Positions 19,225-29,649 are shown, numbered from the stretch's first letter. The stretch is DNA of 64,000 nucleotides from Spirochaetota bacterium (GCA_025457915.1 JALOTL010000018.1:8791-72790), one strand, 5' to 3'. Numbers and translations: made by a program. Notes: generated by a model not told the origin, from the letters alone.

Positions 19225-19296
19225 GGGCACTTTCAAAGTAAAAAATAGAATTTAACAGTATTTGAATAATGAAAATTCTATTTTTGAGAGGTGCCC
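19225..19296. repeat. large AT-rich inverted repeat
   Basis: GGGCAC..AAAAATAGAATTT - 19 nt - AAATTCTATTTTT..GTGCCC. Lies just downstream of the permease stop at 19302 and upstream of the barrel gene. Confidence 0.6.
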
Positions 19297-19301
19297 ATAA
19301 A

Positions 19302-20111
19302 TCAATGGGACCGTTTGACCGCGTTTAAGCCGATAAAGACAAAGTACACCGCCGTGCCCAGGGAAACTATCGTCGCTCCAGTGGGAAGGTCGAGGTAGTA
19401 TGACAGGAGGAGACCTCCCACCATTATTGCGAGGGTATATGCGATGCCGGCGGCAATGACCCTCCTGTAGTTTTTAGTCAGGAGGATGCCGAAGCTCGCG
19501 GGAAGCACCACGAGCGCGGAGATCAGTATTATCCCCACGATCTTTATGCTTATTACGATTATCGCGGCAAGAAATATCAGCATTACCGTGTCCAGCAGTC
19601 CGGTCCTTACACCGCTTACCGCCGCCACCTCTTCATCGAAGGTCATGAAAAGGATTTTGTGCATGCAGGCGAAGATGAATGGGATGAAGACCGCCGTGGT
19701 GGCAAGAGAGACCATCATATCGAAAGAGGTGACGCCGAGGATGTTCCCGAAAAGATATCCCATGAGGTCGAACGTGTATTTTTTTTTCAGCGCTATGAAT
19801 ATCGCACCCAGGGCCATGGAGAATGAGAAGAGGATCCCTATGCCGGTATCGTATGATATGTTGCCTGACTTCACCAGCTTGCCCAGGAGCACGGCCGACA
19901 GCGTGCAGAAGACGAATGACGTGTAGAAGGGATCGATCCCCAGCAGGATTCCGATTGCAACGCCGCCGAAAGCGGCGTGCGAAACCCCGGCCCCCAGGAA
20001 CGACATTCTCCTCATGACCACGAAGAACGAAAGGGTGCCGAAGAGGAAGCTGAGCAGCAGGCACATGACGAGCGCGTTCGTGAAAAACCTCATGCCCAGG
20101 AGCTCCGTCAT
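19302..20111 (-). CDS. metal (Zn/Mn-type) ABC transporter permease
   Basis: ABC-3 family-like polytopic protein. ATGA overlap with the upstream ATPase gene. Confidence 0.85.
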   Translation of the reverse strand: MTELLGMRFFTNALVMCLLLSFLFGTLSFFVVMRRMSFLGAGVSHAAFGGVAIGILLGIDPFYTSFVFCTLSAVLLGKLVKSGNISYDTGIGILFSFSMALGAIFIALKKKYTFDLMGYLFGNILGVTSFDMMVSLATTAVFIPFIFACMHKILFMTFDEEVAAVSGVRTGLLDTVMLIFLAAIIVISIKIVGIILISALVVLPASFGILLTKNYRRVIAAGIAYTLAIMVGGLLLSYYLDLPTGATIVSLGTAVYFVFIGLNAVKRSH

Positions 20112-20878
20112 TTGTCCCTCCTGCAGGTCCCGCATTCGCTGTCGTGACTGAGGAAGTAGACGTTCGTACCGAATGTCTTTTCCAGGGCCGTGGACGGTAT
20201 GCAGTCCTTCGGGCTCCCGTAGAAATGCATCTGCCTCTTGACGCAGGCTATCTTGTCGACCACGCCAGAAACGCCGCCTATGTCGTGCGACACCAGTATT
20301 ATCGTGAGCCCTTCATCGTCCCTGAGCTTCTGGAGAAGCCTGTAGAAGCTGTCCTGCGCCACCACGTCGAGGCCTATGGACGGCTCGTCAAGGATAAGGA
20401 TGGAGGGCTTCATGGCCAGCGCCCTTGCAATCAGCACCCTCTGCTTCTGTCCCCCGGACAGGCTCCCGAAATGTTTGTCCGTCTGGGACTGCATTTTCAC
20501 CTTTTCAAGCGAACCGTTTATGGCCGCCCTGTCTTCCGGTCCGAGCCTTTCAATCCCCTTTCTGGAATAGCGCGACATCGCCACAATGTCGAAAGCGCTG
20601 ACCGGAAAGTTCTGGTCGTAGTTCATGTTCTGGGGGAGGTATCCGATCAGGCCTGTTTTTTGTATTTCATCGGGACTCCTCCCGAGAACCAGGATGCTTC
20701 CTTTTGCCGGCCTCTTGAATCCCATGATCGCCCTGAGGAGCGTGCTTTTCCCGCTGCCGTTCGGGCCGACCACGGACATTATCTCACCCCGCGCCACTTC
20801 GAGGTTTATATCCTCGAGGACTATGTTTCCGTCGTAGGCTACGGTCAGGTCTCTTATGATGACGGCCGGTTCAGGCAA
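20108..20878 (-). CDS. metal ABC transporter ATP-binding protein
   Basis: Walker A GPNGSGKST, signature LSGGQKQR, Walker B ILILDEP. Confidence 0.9.
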   Translation of the reverse strand: MPEPAVIIRDLTVAYDGNIVLEDINLEVARGEIMSVVGPNGSGKSTLLRAIMGFKRPAKGSILVLGRSPDEIQKTGLIGYLPQNMNYDQNFPVSAFDIVAMSRYSRKGIERLGPEDRAAINGSLEKVKMQSQTDKHFGSLSGGQKQRVLIARALAMKPSILILDEPSIGLDVVAQDSFYRLLQKLRDDEGLTIILVSHDIGGVSGVVDKIACVKRQMHFYGSPKDCIPSTALEKTFGTNVYFLSHDSECGTCRRDK

Positions 20879-20881
20879 GTC

Positions 20882-21745
20882 CTACCTTCCTTTCCGGCAC
20901 AGTGATTCGGACAGCGTCCTGGCGTTGTACAGCATCAGTGCGGTGTATCCGGATTTTTCCTTCACGTCCGGGTCGCCCACGCTGTCCAGTCGGGCGACCT
21001 CCGCCCCGGTTTCCCTGGAAAGGGCGTCCACCTCCCTGCTGTCGACATTGAGCTCCACGGTGATAGTTCCGACGCGGTCCCTCGCGGCGTTCCGTATCAG
21101 GTCCCTGAAGGACCTTACCGATATGACGTCCCCGTGGCCCTTTTCTATGGTCCCCGATATTTCCAGGCCGTAATCCGCGGCGAAGTAGTCCCATGCCGGG
21201 TGCCACTGTATGAATTTTTTATTGCCGCATTTCCTGAACATGCCGGATATTTTTTCATCGAGGGCCCGGAGCTCGGTCCGGAACTCCTCGAGGTTTTCTT
21301 CAAAATATTTCCCGCCGGCCGGGTCGATCCCGGAAAGCAGTACGCTGATCTGCGCGGCTATTTCCGCGGCGCCCATGAGGGTAAGCCATATGTGGGGATT
21401 GTCTGCGTATCGCCCGGATTTCATTTTTTCCTTGAGAAATACATGGCCGGCCTTTTTCGGAAGGTATTTTTTTATCCACCCGTCGTATTCCGGGTCTATC
21501 CCGATGAAAAGGTCGGTTTTTCCCAGCCTCGTGGCCATGGAGGGCTGCGGCTCGTAGATGTGCGGGTTGGCGCCGGCTGGTATCACGTAAAAGGCGCTGA
21601 TCCTGTTTCCGCCTATTCTATTTGCGATGTCGCTGACCGGGAATATTGAAGTGGCGACAACAGGCACGGCCGATTTTTTTTCTCCTGGTCCGCAGCCTGC
21701 CGACGCCAGAAGTAATGCCGTGAATATTGCAGCCGTTTTTTTCAT
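20882..21745 (-). CDS. metal ABC transporter substrate-binding lipoprotein (TroA/ZnuA-like)
   Basis: Lipobox LLLASAGCG, with cluster-9 SBP-like sequence and context. Confidence 0.8.
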   Translation of the reverse strand: MKKTAAIFTALLLASAGCGPGEKKSAVPVVATSIFPVSDIANRIGGNRISAFYVIPAGANPHIYEPQPSMATRLGKTDLFIGIDPEYDGWIKKYLPKKAGHVFLKEKMKSGRYADNPHIWLTLMGAAEIAAQISVLLSGIDPAGGKYFEENLEEFRTELRALDEKISGMFRKCGNKKFIQWHPAWDYFAADYGLEISGTIEKGHGDVISVRSFRDLIRNAARDRVGTITVELNVDSREVDALSRETGAEVARLDSVGDPDVKEKSGYTALMLYNARTLSESLCRKGR

Positions 21746-21778
21746 CAGCCATGCCCTCCGGTGATCTGAATACTTAAA

Positions 21779-22216
21779 TCAATCTTTATTGTTTTCATGA
21801 AGGCAGTCAGCTTCGATGTCGAGGAGACTGCCGAGCCCGGCGCCGAAGGACCTTCCTCCAGGGAAGTAAAGCTTCATCCGGGGCCTGAATGACGCGTCCG
21901 CCAGTTTCAGGGTGTCCGTGTTGAAAAGGCCCACGAATTCCTTTATTTCATTTTCCGGGTTCATGAACCTGACGCCCGCCTCCCTGCCGCTTGCCCTTAC
22001 GATCCTGCCCTGCAGCGAGACCTCCACTGACTTGAACGGGAACCTGAAAAGAAGCACGTCACCCGTCCTTAAAACTCCGTTGCTTATCAGGCAGAGCCCG
22101 CCCGCGGACAGGTTCAGGACCTCGACCTGGAATGATGCGCCGCCGCCCCTGAAAAAGGACTGGATCCGGAGTCTGTCGGTTTTGATTCTGGGATATTTTC
22201 TATTGTTTGCAGGCAT
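21779..22216 (-). CDS. PilZ domain protein (c-di-GMP receptor)
   Basis: RKYPR (RxxxR) and NLSAGG (D/NxSxxG) motifs. Confidence 0.8.
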   Translation of the reverse strand: MPANNRKYPRIKTDRLRIQSFFRGGGASFQVEVLNLSAGGLCLISNGVLRTGDVLLFRFPFKSVEVSLQGRIVRASGREAGVRFMNPENEIKEFVGLFNTDTLKLADASFRPRMKLYFPGGRSFGAGLGSLLDIEADCLHENNKD

Positions 22217-22283
22217 GGTGGATTTGTATATTTTTTTGAAATGTTCCCGCCGCCCTTCACGCGGTCAAGGAATTATTGGCGGA

Positions 22284-23270
22284 TTATTTAAAAAATTTTT
22301 CCATCTCGGACACGGCCTTGCTGTAGGTTTCCTCGATGCCGAGAGGCGATTTGTAGCCCGCCGCGTTCTTGTGGCCGCCGCCGCCGTTTTTTATCGCGAT
22401 CTCCGCGACGTCCAGGTTCCCCTTGGTCCTCATGCTTACCTTGACCGGCCCGTTCAGGTCCTGTTTAACCATTATGCTTGCCTGCACGCCCCTTACGGCG
22501 AGCGGTAGGTTTATGGAGGGCTCCCCCTCGGCGAAGCTGGCGCCGCTTTTTTCCAGCATCTCCGGCGTAAGCATCAGGGTCGCGAGCTTTCCACCGCAGA
22601 GCGTTTTCATGGACGACTGGATCATGCTCCTGAGGGTGAAGCTCTCCAGGGTGTTGTTCTCGTAGATGATCTCGTTGACGGCGACCGGTGAGGCCCCCAG
22701 TTCGACCAGGTGTGCCGCGGCCCTGAAGGTGTCCGGCGAGGTCTTGGAGTATCTGAACGAGCCCGTATCGAACACTATCCCCGCCATGAGCGCGAGGGCG
22801 GTGCCGCTGCTGATCGGTTTTTGATAATACTGGAAAATTTCATAGACGAGCTCGCTCGCGGAGGAGGCGCCGGCCTTGATGAAGTTGCTGTCGAATTTTT
22901 CATCGCCGCCCTCGTGGTGGTCGATTATAAAGAGGTCCCTGAGCCTGCCCTTCAGGGCGTAATATACCGCGCCGATGTTTTCATAGTCGTTGGTGTCGAG
23001 CACGACGTGCGCGTGATCGCCTATGTCGTCCGGCATCTTGAAGTCACCGTCCATCACGTTCAGTACGCCGGCGGTGTCCATGGATGAATAGGTCGCGGGC
23101 GGGGGATCGGAGTTTATTATTATGCATTTTTTACCCAGCAGGCCCAGGAGTTCGCGGAAGCCCAGCTCGGAGCCCAGGCCGTCCCAGTCCGGGCTCTCGT
23201 GGGTTGAGATCACGAATTTGTCGTATTTTTTGAGAAATCCGTCAAGGTTTGAGAAACCCGTATGCATCAT
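22284..23270 (-). CDS. DHH/DHHA1 phosphoesterase (NrnA-like)
   Basis: Motifs [22 protein letters not shown] and GGGHKNAAG. Start ATGATG overlaps the glyQ TGA; the listed 407-aa ORF extension lies inside glyQ. Confidence 0.8.
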   Translation of the reverse strand: MMHTGFSNLDGFLKKYDKFVISTHESPDWDGLGSELGFRELLGLLGKKCIIINSDPPPATYSSMDTAGVLNVMDGDFKMPDDIGDHAHVVLDTNDYENIGAVYYALKGRLRDLFIIDHHEGGDEKFDSNFIKAGASSASELVYEIFQYYQKPISSGTALALMAGIVFDTGSFRYSKTSPDTFRAAAHLVELGASPVAVNEIIYENNTLESFTLRSMIQSSMKTLCGGKLATLMLTPEMLEKSGASFAEGEPSINLPLAVRGVQASIMVKQDLNGPVKVSMRTKGNLDVAEIAIKNGGGGHKNAAGYKSPLGIEETYSKAVSEMEKFFK

Positions 23271-24163
23271 CCCACCGCTGCTTCTTTTTTCCCGAGAAGC
23301 GGGAAACCCATCTCTTCCCTGATCCTGACGTACTGTTCCGCGCACCTCCTGGCAATGTTCCTGACCCTGGCGATGTATCCGACCCTCTCGGTTACGGATA
23401 TGGCGCCCCTGGCGTCCAGCATGTTGAAGGCGTGCGAGCATTTCAGCACGAAATCGTACGCAGGCAAAACTACCGTCACCGAAGGGCTGTCCAGTATGGC
23501 GAGGCACTCCTTTTCGTACAGGTCGAAGAGCTTGAAATAAAGGTCCGTGTCGGCAATGTTGAAATTATAATGCGAGAACTCGTATTCGCTCCTGTGGTGC
23601 ACGTCCCTGTAGGTCAGGTCCCTGTTCCACCTGACGTCGAACACGCTGTCGACGCCCTGTATGTACATGCATATCCTCTCGAGCCCGTAGGTCAGCTCCA
23701 CCGGGACCGGGTTCAGCTCGATGCTGCCGCAGAGCTGGAAGTATGTGAACTGGGTGATTTCCATGCCGTCAAGCCAGACCTCCCATCCGAGCCCGGCCGC
23801 GCCGAGGGTGGGAGACTCCCAGTCGTCCTCGACGAACCTTACGTCGTGTTCCTTCAGTTTTATCCCGATGCGTTCAAGCGACTTCAGATAGAGGTCCTGG
23901 ACGTTTTCCGGTGAGGGCTTCATGATGACCTGGTACTGGTAGTAATGCTGGAGCCTGTTCGGGTTTTCGCCGTACCTGCCGTCGGTCGGCCTTCTGGAGG
24001 GCTCCACGTACGCCACGTTCCACGGCTCCGGACCCAGCGCCTTCAGGAAAGTGGCGGGATTGAATGTCCCTGCGCCGACCTCGAGATCATAACCCTGGAC
24101 TATGAGGCAGCCCTGTTCGGCCCAGTATTCGTTGAGTCTGGCAATCATGTCCTGGAAATACAT
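23267..24163 (-). CDS. glyQ: glycine--tRNA ligase alpha subunit
   Basis: Highly conserved GlyQ sequence ([19 protein letters not shown]...[22 protein letters not shown]). Confidence 0.95.
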   Translation of the reverse strand: MYFQDMIARLNEYWAEQGCLIVQGYDLEVGAGTFNPATFLKALGPEPWNVAYVEPSRRPTDGRYGENPNRLQHYYQYQVIMKPSPENVQDLYLKSLERIGIKLKEHDVRFVEDDWESPTLGAAGLGWEVWLDGMEITQFTYFQLCGSIELNPVPVELTYGLERICMYIQGVDSVFDVRWNRDLTYRDVHHRSEYEFSHYNFNIADTDLYFKLFDLYEKECLAILDSPSVTVVLPAYDFVLKCSHAFNMLDARGAISVTERVGYIARVRNIARRCAEQYVRIREEMGFPLLGKKEAAVG

Positions 24164-24468
24164 GTCAACCTCTGTAAAATTGGATGTCAGCCGGTTTTTT
24201 TACGGCATACATTTCATACTTCGGTATTGTCCGGGCAGTCAAGTAATTTCTATTTATCCCCGGGATAATTATTGCCGGTAACACGGGTCCTGGTCATAAT
24301 TTTTATCCATACCGCACTTAAAAGCCCGGGAAATGGAACCCGGAACATGCCCGGATGCAGGATCATATCAGCATAACGAAATATTAATATTAAATTAAAG
24401 GCATACATTCTCCGATCCCTATAATGCGGGCATCTTAAAGCTATATTTTTTTTTAAAGAAGGGCCGTC

Positions 24469-24930
24469 ATGAGCTATTCAATGGAAGACATAATAAATAT
24501 TGCCATAGGTCTCGAGGAATCCGGCGTTAATTTTTACGAAAAGTGCTCGAAGCTGTTCAAGGACCCTGGAAAGGCCGACGTTTTCAGGTTCATGGTAAGG
24601 GAGGAGAGGGACCATTCGAAAACGTTCGGGGCCCTCAAGTCGAAACTGAAGTCCTTTGACCCGCACCTTTCGCTCAAGTACAGGGAATTCATTGCGAAAA
24701 TGGGCGCCGAACGTGTTTTCCCTGAGAAGGAAGACGTGGTGAAGGAGCTGTCGAAGATAGTCACCGTCGTCGACGCGGTCGATTACGCCATAAAAAAGGA
24801 ACAGGAAACGATTATTTTTTACAACGAGATGAAGGAGCTTTACGATAACGACGCTCCCGAGCTTGACGTGCTTAACCATGTAATCAGGGAAGAGGAAAAG
24901 CACATTGAAGATCTGAAAAAAATGAAATGA
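24469..24930 (+). CDS. ferritin-like / rubrerythrin-family protein
   Basis: Two ExxH-type motifs (EERDH, EEKH) in a four-helix-like 153-aa protein. Confidence 0.6.
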   Translation: MSYSMEDIINIAIGLEESGVNFYEKCSKLFKDPGKADVFRFMVREERDHSKTFGALKSKLKSFDPHLSLKYREFIAKMGAERVFPEKEDVVKELSKIVTVVDAVDYAIKKEQETIIFYNEMKELYDNDAPELDVLNHVIREEEKHIEDLKKMK

Positions 24931-25161
24931 CCTCCACTCCCTTCGGGAGATCATTTATATTTTTCCTTCAGTTTCCTTTTTAAAATCTTGCCGGAAGGGT
25001 TTTTCGGGAGGGCGCCCGGGAATATTATTTTCTTCGGGCACTTGAACCCTGCCGCCCATTTTCGCGGCGGCCCTTCTTGTAATGTCGCCAATAGTGTCCC
25101 TGCTGATTTTGTTCGTCATGCCCGGTTCCGTTCCGTTTCAGATTTTCCGCGTTCATGCAGT

Positions 25162-25563
25162 TTATTTCCCCCTTTTTTCGCGGATTTTGGAGTCGACCCT
25201 GTTCCTGTATTCGTTTATCTCGTTTTTCAATATGGTGAGGTCGGCTATCCTGTCGTCGAGCCTTTTCATGTGGTTATCGAGCAGTTCCAGCAGCCTTTTC
25301 AGGACCACCTCGCTCGATTTCTGCAGTGACCAGATGGCCTCGAGCTCCTGCATCTCGCTGAGCGTGAGGCCGAGAATTTTCAGCCTTTTGATCAGCTTGA
25401 GCCGCATGTAGTCGTCGTCCGTGTATATTCTTTTTCCTCCCTCGACCCTCTTGACGGAATTGAGCAGGCCTATCTCCTCGTAGTACCTCATCGTTCTCTG
25501 GCTCATCTCCAGCATCCCTGCCAGTTCCCCTATTGAATAGACCTTTAACTCTTCACCCATCAT
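25162..25563 (-). CDS. MerR-family transcriptional regulator
   Basis: HTH YSIGELAGMLEMSQRTMRYYEEIGLL followed by a coiled-coil. Confidence 0.85.
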   Translation of the reverse strand: MMGEELKVYSIGELAGMLEMSQRTMRYYEEIGLLNSVKRVEGGKRIYTDDDYMRLKLIKRLKILGLTLSEMQELEAIWSLQKSSEVVLKRLLELLDNHMKRLDDRIADLTILKNEINEYRNRVDSKIREKRGK

Positions 25564-25637
25564 GCGGCCGCCTTTTTTAAAATCGGAGGCTGAAAACATC
25601 CCCCGGACTTGGAGTATTTGATCGGCATTTGACCCTG

Positions 25638-27278
25638 TTATTCCGCGTATTTCGTTGAATACATTTCACGCAGCTTGAATTTTTGAATCTTCCCGCTCGC
25701 CGTCATGGGAAATTCGTTCACGAATTCCCAGTACCTGGGGACCTTGTGCCTGGCGATCTTTCCGCTGCAGTATTCTATGAATTCCTCCGCCGTGGCCGTC
25801 TTCCCGTCCTTGAGCTTGATGGCGGCCAGGACCTGCTCGCCGTACTTTTTGTCGGGTATGCCGACGACTTGCACGTCCATAACGAGAGGGTTTTTTATCA
25901 GGAATTCCTCAATCTCGCGCGGATATACGTTTTCCCCGCCGCGTATGATCATGTCCTTGATCCTGCCGGTGACCTTGAAGTATCCGTTCCCGTCCACTTC
26001 GCCCAGGTCGCCGGTATGGAGCCATCCGTCCGGGTCGACGGCCTTTGCCGTGTCTTCCGGCATCTTGTAGTAACCCTTCATCACGCACGCGCTGCGTGTG
26101 ACTATCTCGCCCTGCACGCCGGCGGGAAGGGCTTCCCCTGTTTCCGGGTCGACGATCTTTCCCTCGATGTCGGGAAGCAGCCTTCCCACCGTGGAGACCC
26201 TGAGGTCGACCGGGTCGTCCCTCCTTGTCATGGTCATGACCGGGGAGCTCTCCGTCTGGCCGAAGGCTATCACAACCTCGGAACAGTGCATCCTGGTCCT
26301 CACCTGGTTCATGGCCTCGGTCGGGCAGGGCGCGCCCGCCATGATGCCGGTCCTCAGGGACTTCATGTCGTATTTATCGAATTTCGGGTGGTTGAGTATC
26401 GCGATGAACATCGTCGGCACTCCGTTTACCGCCGTGCACTTCTCCCCGCTTATGGCCTGGAGGGCCTTCAGCGGATCGAAGGCCTCGAGTACGACCATGG
26501 TCGAGCCGTGGTATACCGAGTTCATGGTGCTCATGACGCAGCCGAAGCAGTGGAAGAGCGGCACCTGGATAAGGAGCCTGTCCTTCTCGGTCATCCCCAT
26601 GACGTCGCCGACCATCCTTGCGTTGTTCACTATGTTGTAATGGGTGAGCATGACCCCCTTCGGGAAACCGGTCGTGCCTGACGTGTACTGCATGTTGATG
26701 GTGTCGTCGACGGACAGGGAGGACATCCTTTCATCGAGCTCGTTCTCGGAGACCTTTCCGCCCATTTCGGAAATTTCGCTGAAATTGAACATCCCCGGAG
26801 TTGATCCCCTTTTGCCTACGTAAACGAGGTTTTTCAGCACCGGAAGATTGGGAGACGAGGTCTTCCCCTTTTCGGTTTTGTCAAGCCCGTGGACCACGGA
26901 GAGGACCGTGTCGTAATAATTGGTGTCCTTGTGCGCCTCGATGAATATCAGGGTAGTGGAATCGGACTGCTTGAGGATGTATTCGAGCTCGTGGGACTTG
27001 TAGTTGGTGTTCACCGTAACCAGTACGGCGCCTATCATGCCCAGGCCGAACTGCATGTAGACCCATTCCGGGACGTTAGTCGTCCAGACTGCAACGTGGT
27101 CCCCCTTTTTCACTCCCAGCGCCATTAGACCCCTGGCCACCTTTCTGCACGAGGCGAGGAACTCGCCGTAGTTCTGCCTTATGCCGAATTCCGGGTATAT
27201 CAGGGCCTCGTTTTTGGAGAATTTTTCGGCCGTTTCCTTGAGGACCTGGCCGATTGTTTTTTTTACGAACTGCGTCAT
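25638..27278 (-). CDS. AMP-dependent acyl-CoA synthetase/ligase
   Basis: YTSGTTGFPKGV AMP-binding motif. AAGGAG RBS 8 nt before the ATG at 27278. Confidence 0.9.
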   Translation of the reverse strand: MTQFVKKTIGQVLKETAEKFSKNEALIYPEFGIRQNYGEFLASCRKVARGLMALGVKKGDHVAVWTTNVPEWVYMQFGLGMIGAVLVTVNTNYKSHELEYILKQSDSTTLIFIEAHKDTNYYDTVLSVVHGLDKTEKGKTSSPNLPVLKNLVYVGKRGSTPGMFNFSEISEMGGKVSENELDERMSSLSVDDTINMQYTSGTTGFPKGVMLTHYNIVNNARMVGDVMGMTEKDRLLIQVPLFHCFGCVMSTMNSVYHGSTMVVLEAFDPLKALQAISGEKCTAVNGVPTMFIAILNHPKFDKYDMKSLRTGIMAGAPCPTEAMNQVRTRMHCSEVVIAFGQTESSPVMTMTRRDDPVDLRVSTVGRLLPDIEGKIVDPETGEALPAGVQGEIVTRSACVMKGYYKMPEDTAKAVDPDGWLHTGDLGEVDGNGYFKVTGRIKDMIIRGGENVYPREIEEFLIKNPLVMDVQVVGIPDKKYGEQVLAAIKLKDGKTATAEEFIEYCSGKIARHKVPRYWEFVNEFPMTASGKIQKFKLREMYSTKYAE

Positions 27279-27716
27279 GATGATATCTCCTTGGGTTTGA
27301 TATATTGCTGCCACTTAACGTTAACTGGTTTACGTTTAATGTAAAGTTGTTGTGCTTATTGTCAAGAAAAAATGTGTAAAAAGAGCAAAAATCATTGAGG
27401 AATGTCGGTTTTATTTTTTAATAATAAACACATATATGGATATTGATTATAAATACATTTGAGGATGAGATTTTTTTGAGGGGGGATAGGGAGATAAATA
27501 GGAGATGGGGAGATTTATAGATTTTATTATGAGAACAACCTGATTTGATTATCAGGAGTTCCCTTATAAGAGAATTAAGAAGATATTGTATATAAAAATT
27601 TTTTATAATCATTCCGCAATATCTTTTCCGCATCCCCTCGCCGCCAAATGTATTGATTTTTTATATTCCCTCATTAACATTGCAGGATTATATTTTATTG
27701 ATTGAGGTGCGATGAT

Positions 27717-29090
27717 ATGGGTCTTACCGAATACAGGAAAAACCTCGACATGCTTATCGGCGCGGTAAGCGGATGGGAGTCGTCCTTCCCGGAATTTTCC
27801 GTGGACGATACCCTGCGGGTGGACCCGGAGAAGCTGTCCCGTTCCTGCGGGGAGCTGGCCGAAAGGCTTAAGGACAATTATCCTTTTCATCATCCCCTTT
27901 ACGCGGGACAGATGATCAGGCCGCCCCACCCGACGGCCATGATCGGATACATCGCGGCCATGATGATAAACCCCAACAACCACGCCCTGGACGGAGGTCC
28001 CGCCACGGCCCGCATGGAAAAAGAATCGGTCGCGGAGATAGCGCGCGCCTTCGGTTTTAATGATTACCTGGGCCACCTGACGTCGAGCGGGACGATAGCA
28101 AACCTGGAGGCGCTTTTCATCGCGAGGGAAACCAGTCCCGGAAAGGCGGTCGCCTTCAGCGACCAGGCCCATTACACCCATTCGAGGGCGTGCGGATGGC
28201 TGGGACTGGAGCCGGTCGAGATAGCCTCGGACCGGCATGGCGGGATGGACATTGACGGCCTGGAGGACGCGCTTGCCGGGGGCCGGGTGGGGACGGTGGT
28301 GGCAACCATGGGGACCACGGGCCTCGGCGCGGTGGACGACCTGGAGGCCGTTCTCGGCCTGCGGGAGCGGTACGGGTTCAGGCTGCACGCCGACGCGGCA
28401 TACGGAGGATACTTCGCCCTGATTTCCGGATACAGGGAAAGCCTCCGCCCCTTCGCCTTTCTCTCGAAGTGCGACAGCGTCGTCGTCGACCCCCACAAGC
28501 AGGGTTTGCAACCTTACGGGTGCGGGTGCGTGATATTTTCCGATCCGTCGGTCGGCAGGTTCTACGGGCACGATTCCCCCTACACCTATTTCACGTCGGA
28601 CGAGCTCCACCTGGGCGAGATCAGCATGGAGTGTTCCAGGGCGGGCGCGTCGGCCGCTGCGCTCTGGCTCACGATGAAGCTCTTCGAGCTCGAGGAGGGC
28701 AGAGGCATGGGTCCGATTCTTAAAAAAACCGTCGATGCAGCCGGCCGCCTGGCGGGGCTGATAAGGGGATCGGACAGGTTCGGGCTTTATGACGAACCGC
28801 AAACCAACATAGTCACGTTTTTTCCCGCTGCCCCGGGAACGGGAAAAATTTCAGCCATGAGCGAGGCGGTGATGAAGGCCGGCATGGAATCAGCGACGGC
28901 GCCTCTTTTCCTGGCGGTGATGAAGGCCGGCTCCGGCAGGTTCATCCTGAATCACCCGGATGTTAAAGCCGACACGGACAGCGTTTCCATATTGAGGAGC
29001 TGTCTCCTGAAACCGGAACACCTTGATTGGGCCGGAGTTATAATGAAAAACCTCGATGTCCTTTACGGCCTGTGCGGAGAAGAAAGGTAA
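27717..29090 (+). CDS. PLP-dependent (group II) amino-acid decarboxylase
   Basis: SSGTIANLEALFIARE, plus DPHKQG containing the PLP lysine. GAGGTG RBS before the ATG at 27717. Confidence 0.8.
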   Translation: MGLTEYRKNLDMLIGAVSGWESSFPEFSVDDTLRVDPEKLSRSCGELAERLKDNYPFHHPLYAGQMIRPPHPTAMIGYIAAMMINPNNHALDGGPATARMEKESVAEIARAFGFNDYLGHLTSSGTIANLEALFIARETSPGKAVAFSDQAHYTHSRACGWLGLEPVEIASDRHGGMDIDGLEDALAGGRVGTVVATMGTTGLGAVDDLEAVLGLRERYGFRLHADAAYGGYFALISGYRESLRPFAFLSKCDSVVVDPHKQGLQPYGCGCVIFSDPSVGRFYGHDSPYTYFTSDELHLGEISMECSRAGASAAALWLTMKLFELEEGRGMGPILKKTVDAAGRLAGLIRGSDRFGLYDEPQTNIVTFFPAAPGTGKISAMSEAVMKAGMESATAPLFLAVMKAGSGRFILNHPDVKADTDSVSILRSCLLKPEHLDWAGVIMKNLDVLYGLCGEER

Positions 29091-29393
29091 TATTTCTACA
29101 GCGGGGACCATTTTCTGCCTGCGGGAGACTTTAATTGTCGACCAATAGTCCCTGAGCATCACCTACAATCATCAGGATTTTATCCTGTATTAAAAAAATC
29201 ACGGCAACCAGGCATTTTATGCCTCTGTATGTGATTCAGAATTTAAAATCACATCAAAAACCTTCATGTTTCAACGATATCTGAGTTTTTTGTATTTAAA
29301 TCAAAAAAAACAAAAACCAGATACTTTATACTATAATCTTATCATATTATTTAATAAATCATTATAAACAGCTATAATTATCTATAATAGCCC

Positions 29394-29422
29394 TAAAGTC
29401 GGGCACCAGAGGTGGCGATTAA
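29394..29422 (+). promoter_or_regulatory. sigma28-like promoter candidate for flaB
   Basis: TAAA - 16 nt - GGCGATTA versus the consensus TAAA-N15-GCCGATAA. It would give a ~225-nt leader. Confidence 0.3.
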
Positions 29423-29649
29423 TCGAACAGGGAGTAGTATCCCTGAATGACTTGGCTCTTTGAAAACAGGTTCTCCGGTAAATTTACTTTGGATCCGGCT
29501 CCGGGCTTTGTGCCCAGAAGCCCGGAAAGAATCCCGGCTGTTGCTAAAGGCTTCAGCCTTTTAAACTGGTAATTTTCTCCGGTACCCGCTGCCCGGGTAC
29601 CGGCATGGCAGGGAAGCCAGTGAAAAATTTGATACAAAGGAGTGTAACA

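Noticed and set aside
19254-19272. Fur/Zur box in the loop of the AT-rich inverted repeat (AACAGTATTTGAATAATGA)
   Set aside because: It only loosely resembles the GATAATGATAATCATTATC consensus and has no dyad symmetry of its own. It cannot be supported without a lineage-specific motif.
22284-23507. N-terminal extensions of listed ORFs: 22284..23507, 33772..35016, 50790..51929, 16516..16869, 839..1294 and 29605..30501
   Set aside because: The extensions overlap upstream genes or lack an RBS. Internal ATGs with Shine-Dalgarno sequences and proper signal peptides or family N-termini were preferred.
27609-28802. 397-aa minus-strand ORF, plus similar long antisense ORFs at 25683..26681, 20144..20905, 41585..42610, 56909..58069, 61676..62500 and 38011..38670
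   Set aside because: Each mirrors a well-supported gene on the other strand that has clear family motifs. Their translations are Arg/Gly/Pro/His-rich low-complexity sequence, typical of stop-poor antisense frames in GC-rich coding DNA.
29560-29625. Sigma54-type promoter upstream of flaB1 (TGGCAGGGAAGCCAGT)
   Set aside because: It has the GG of the -24 element but lacks a TTGC -12 element at the correct spacing, so I did not call it.
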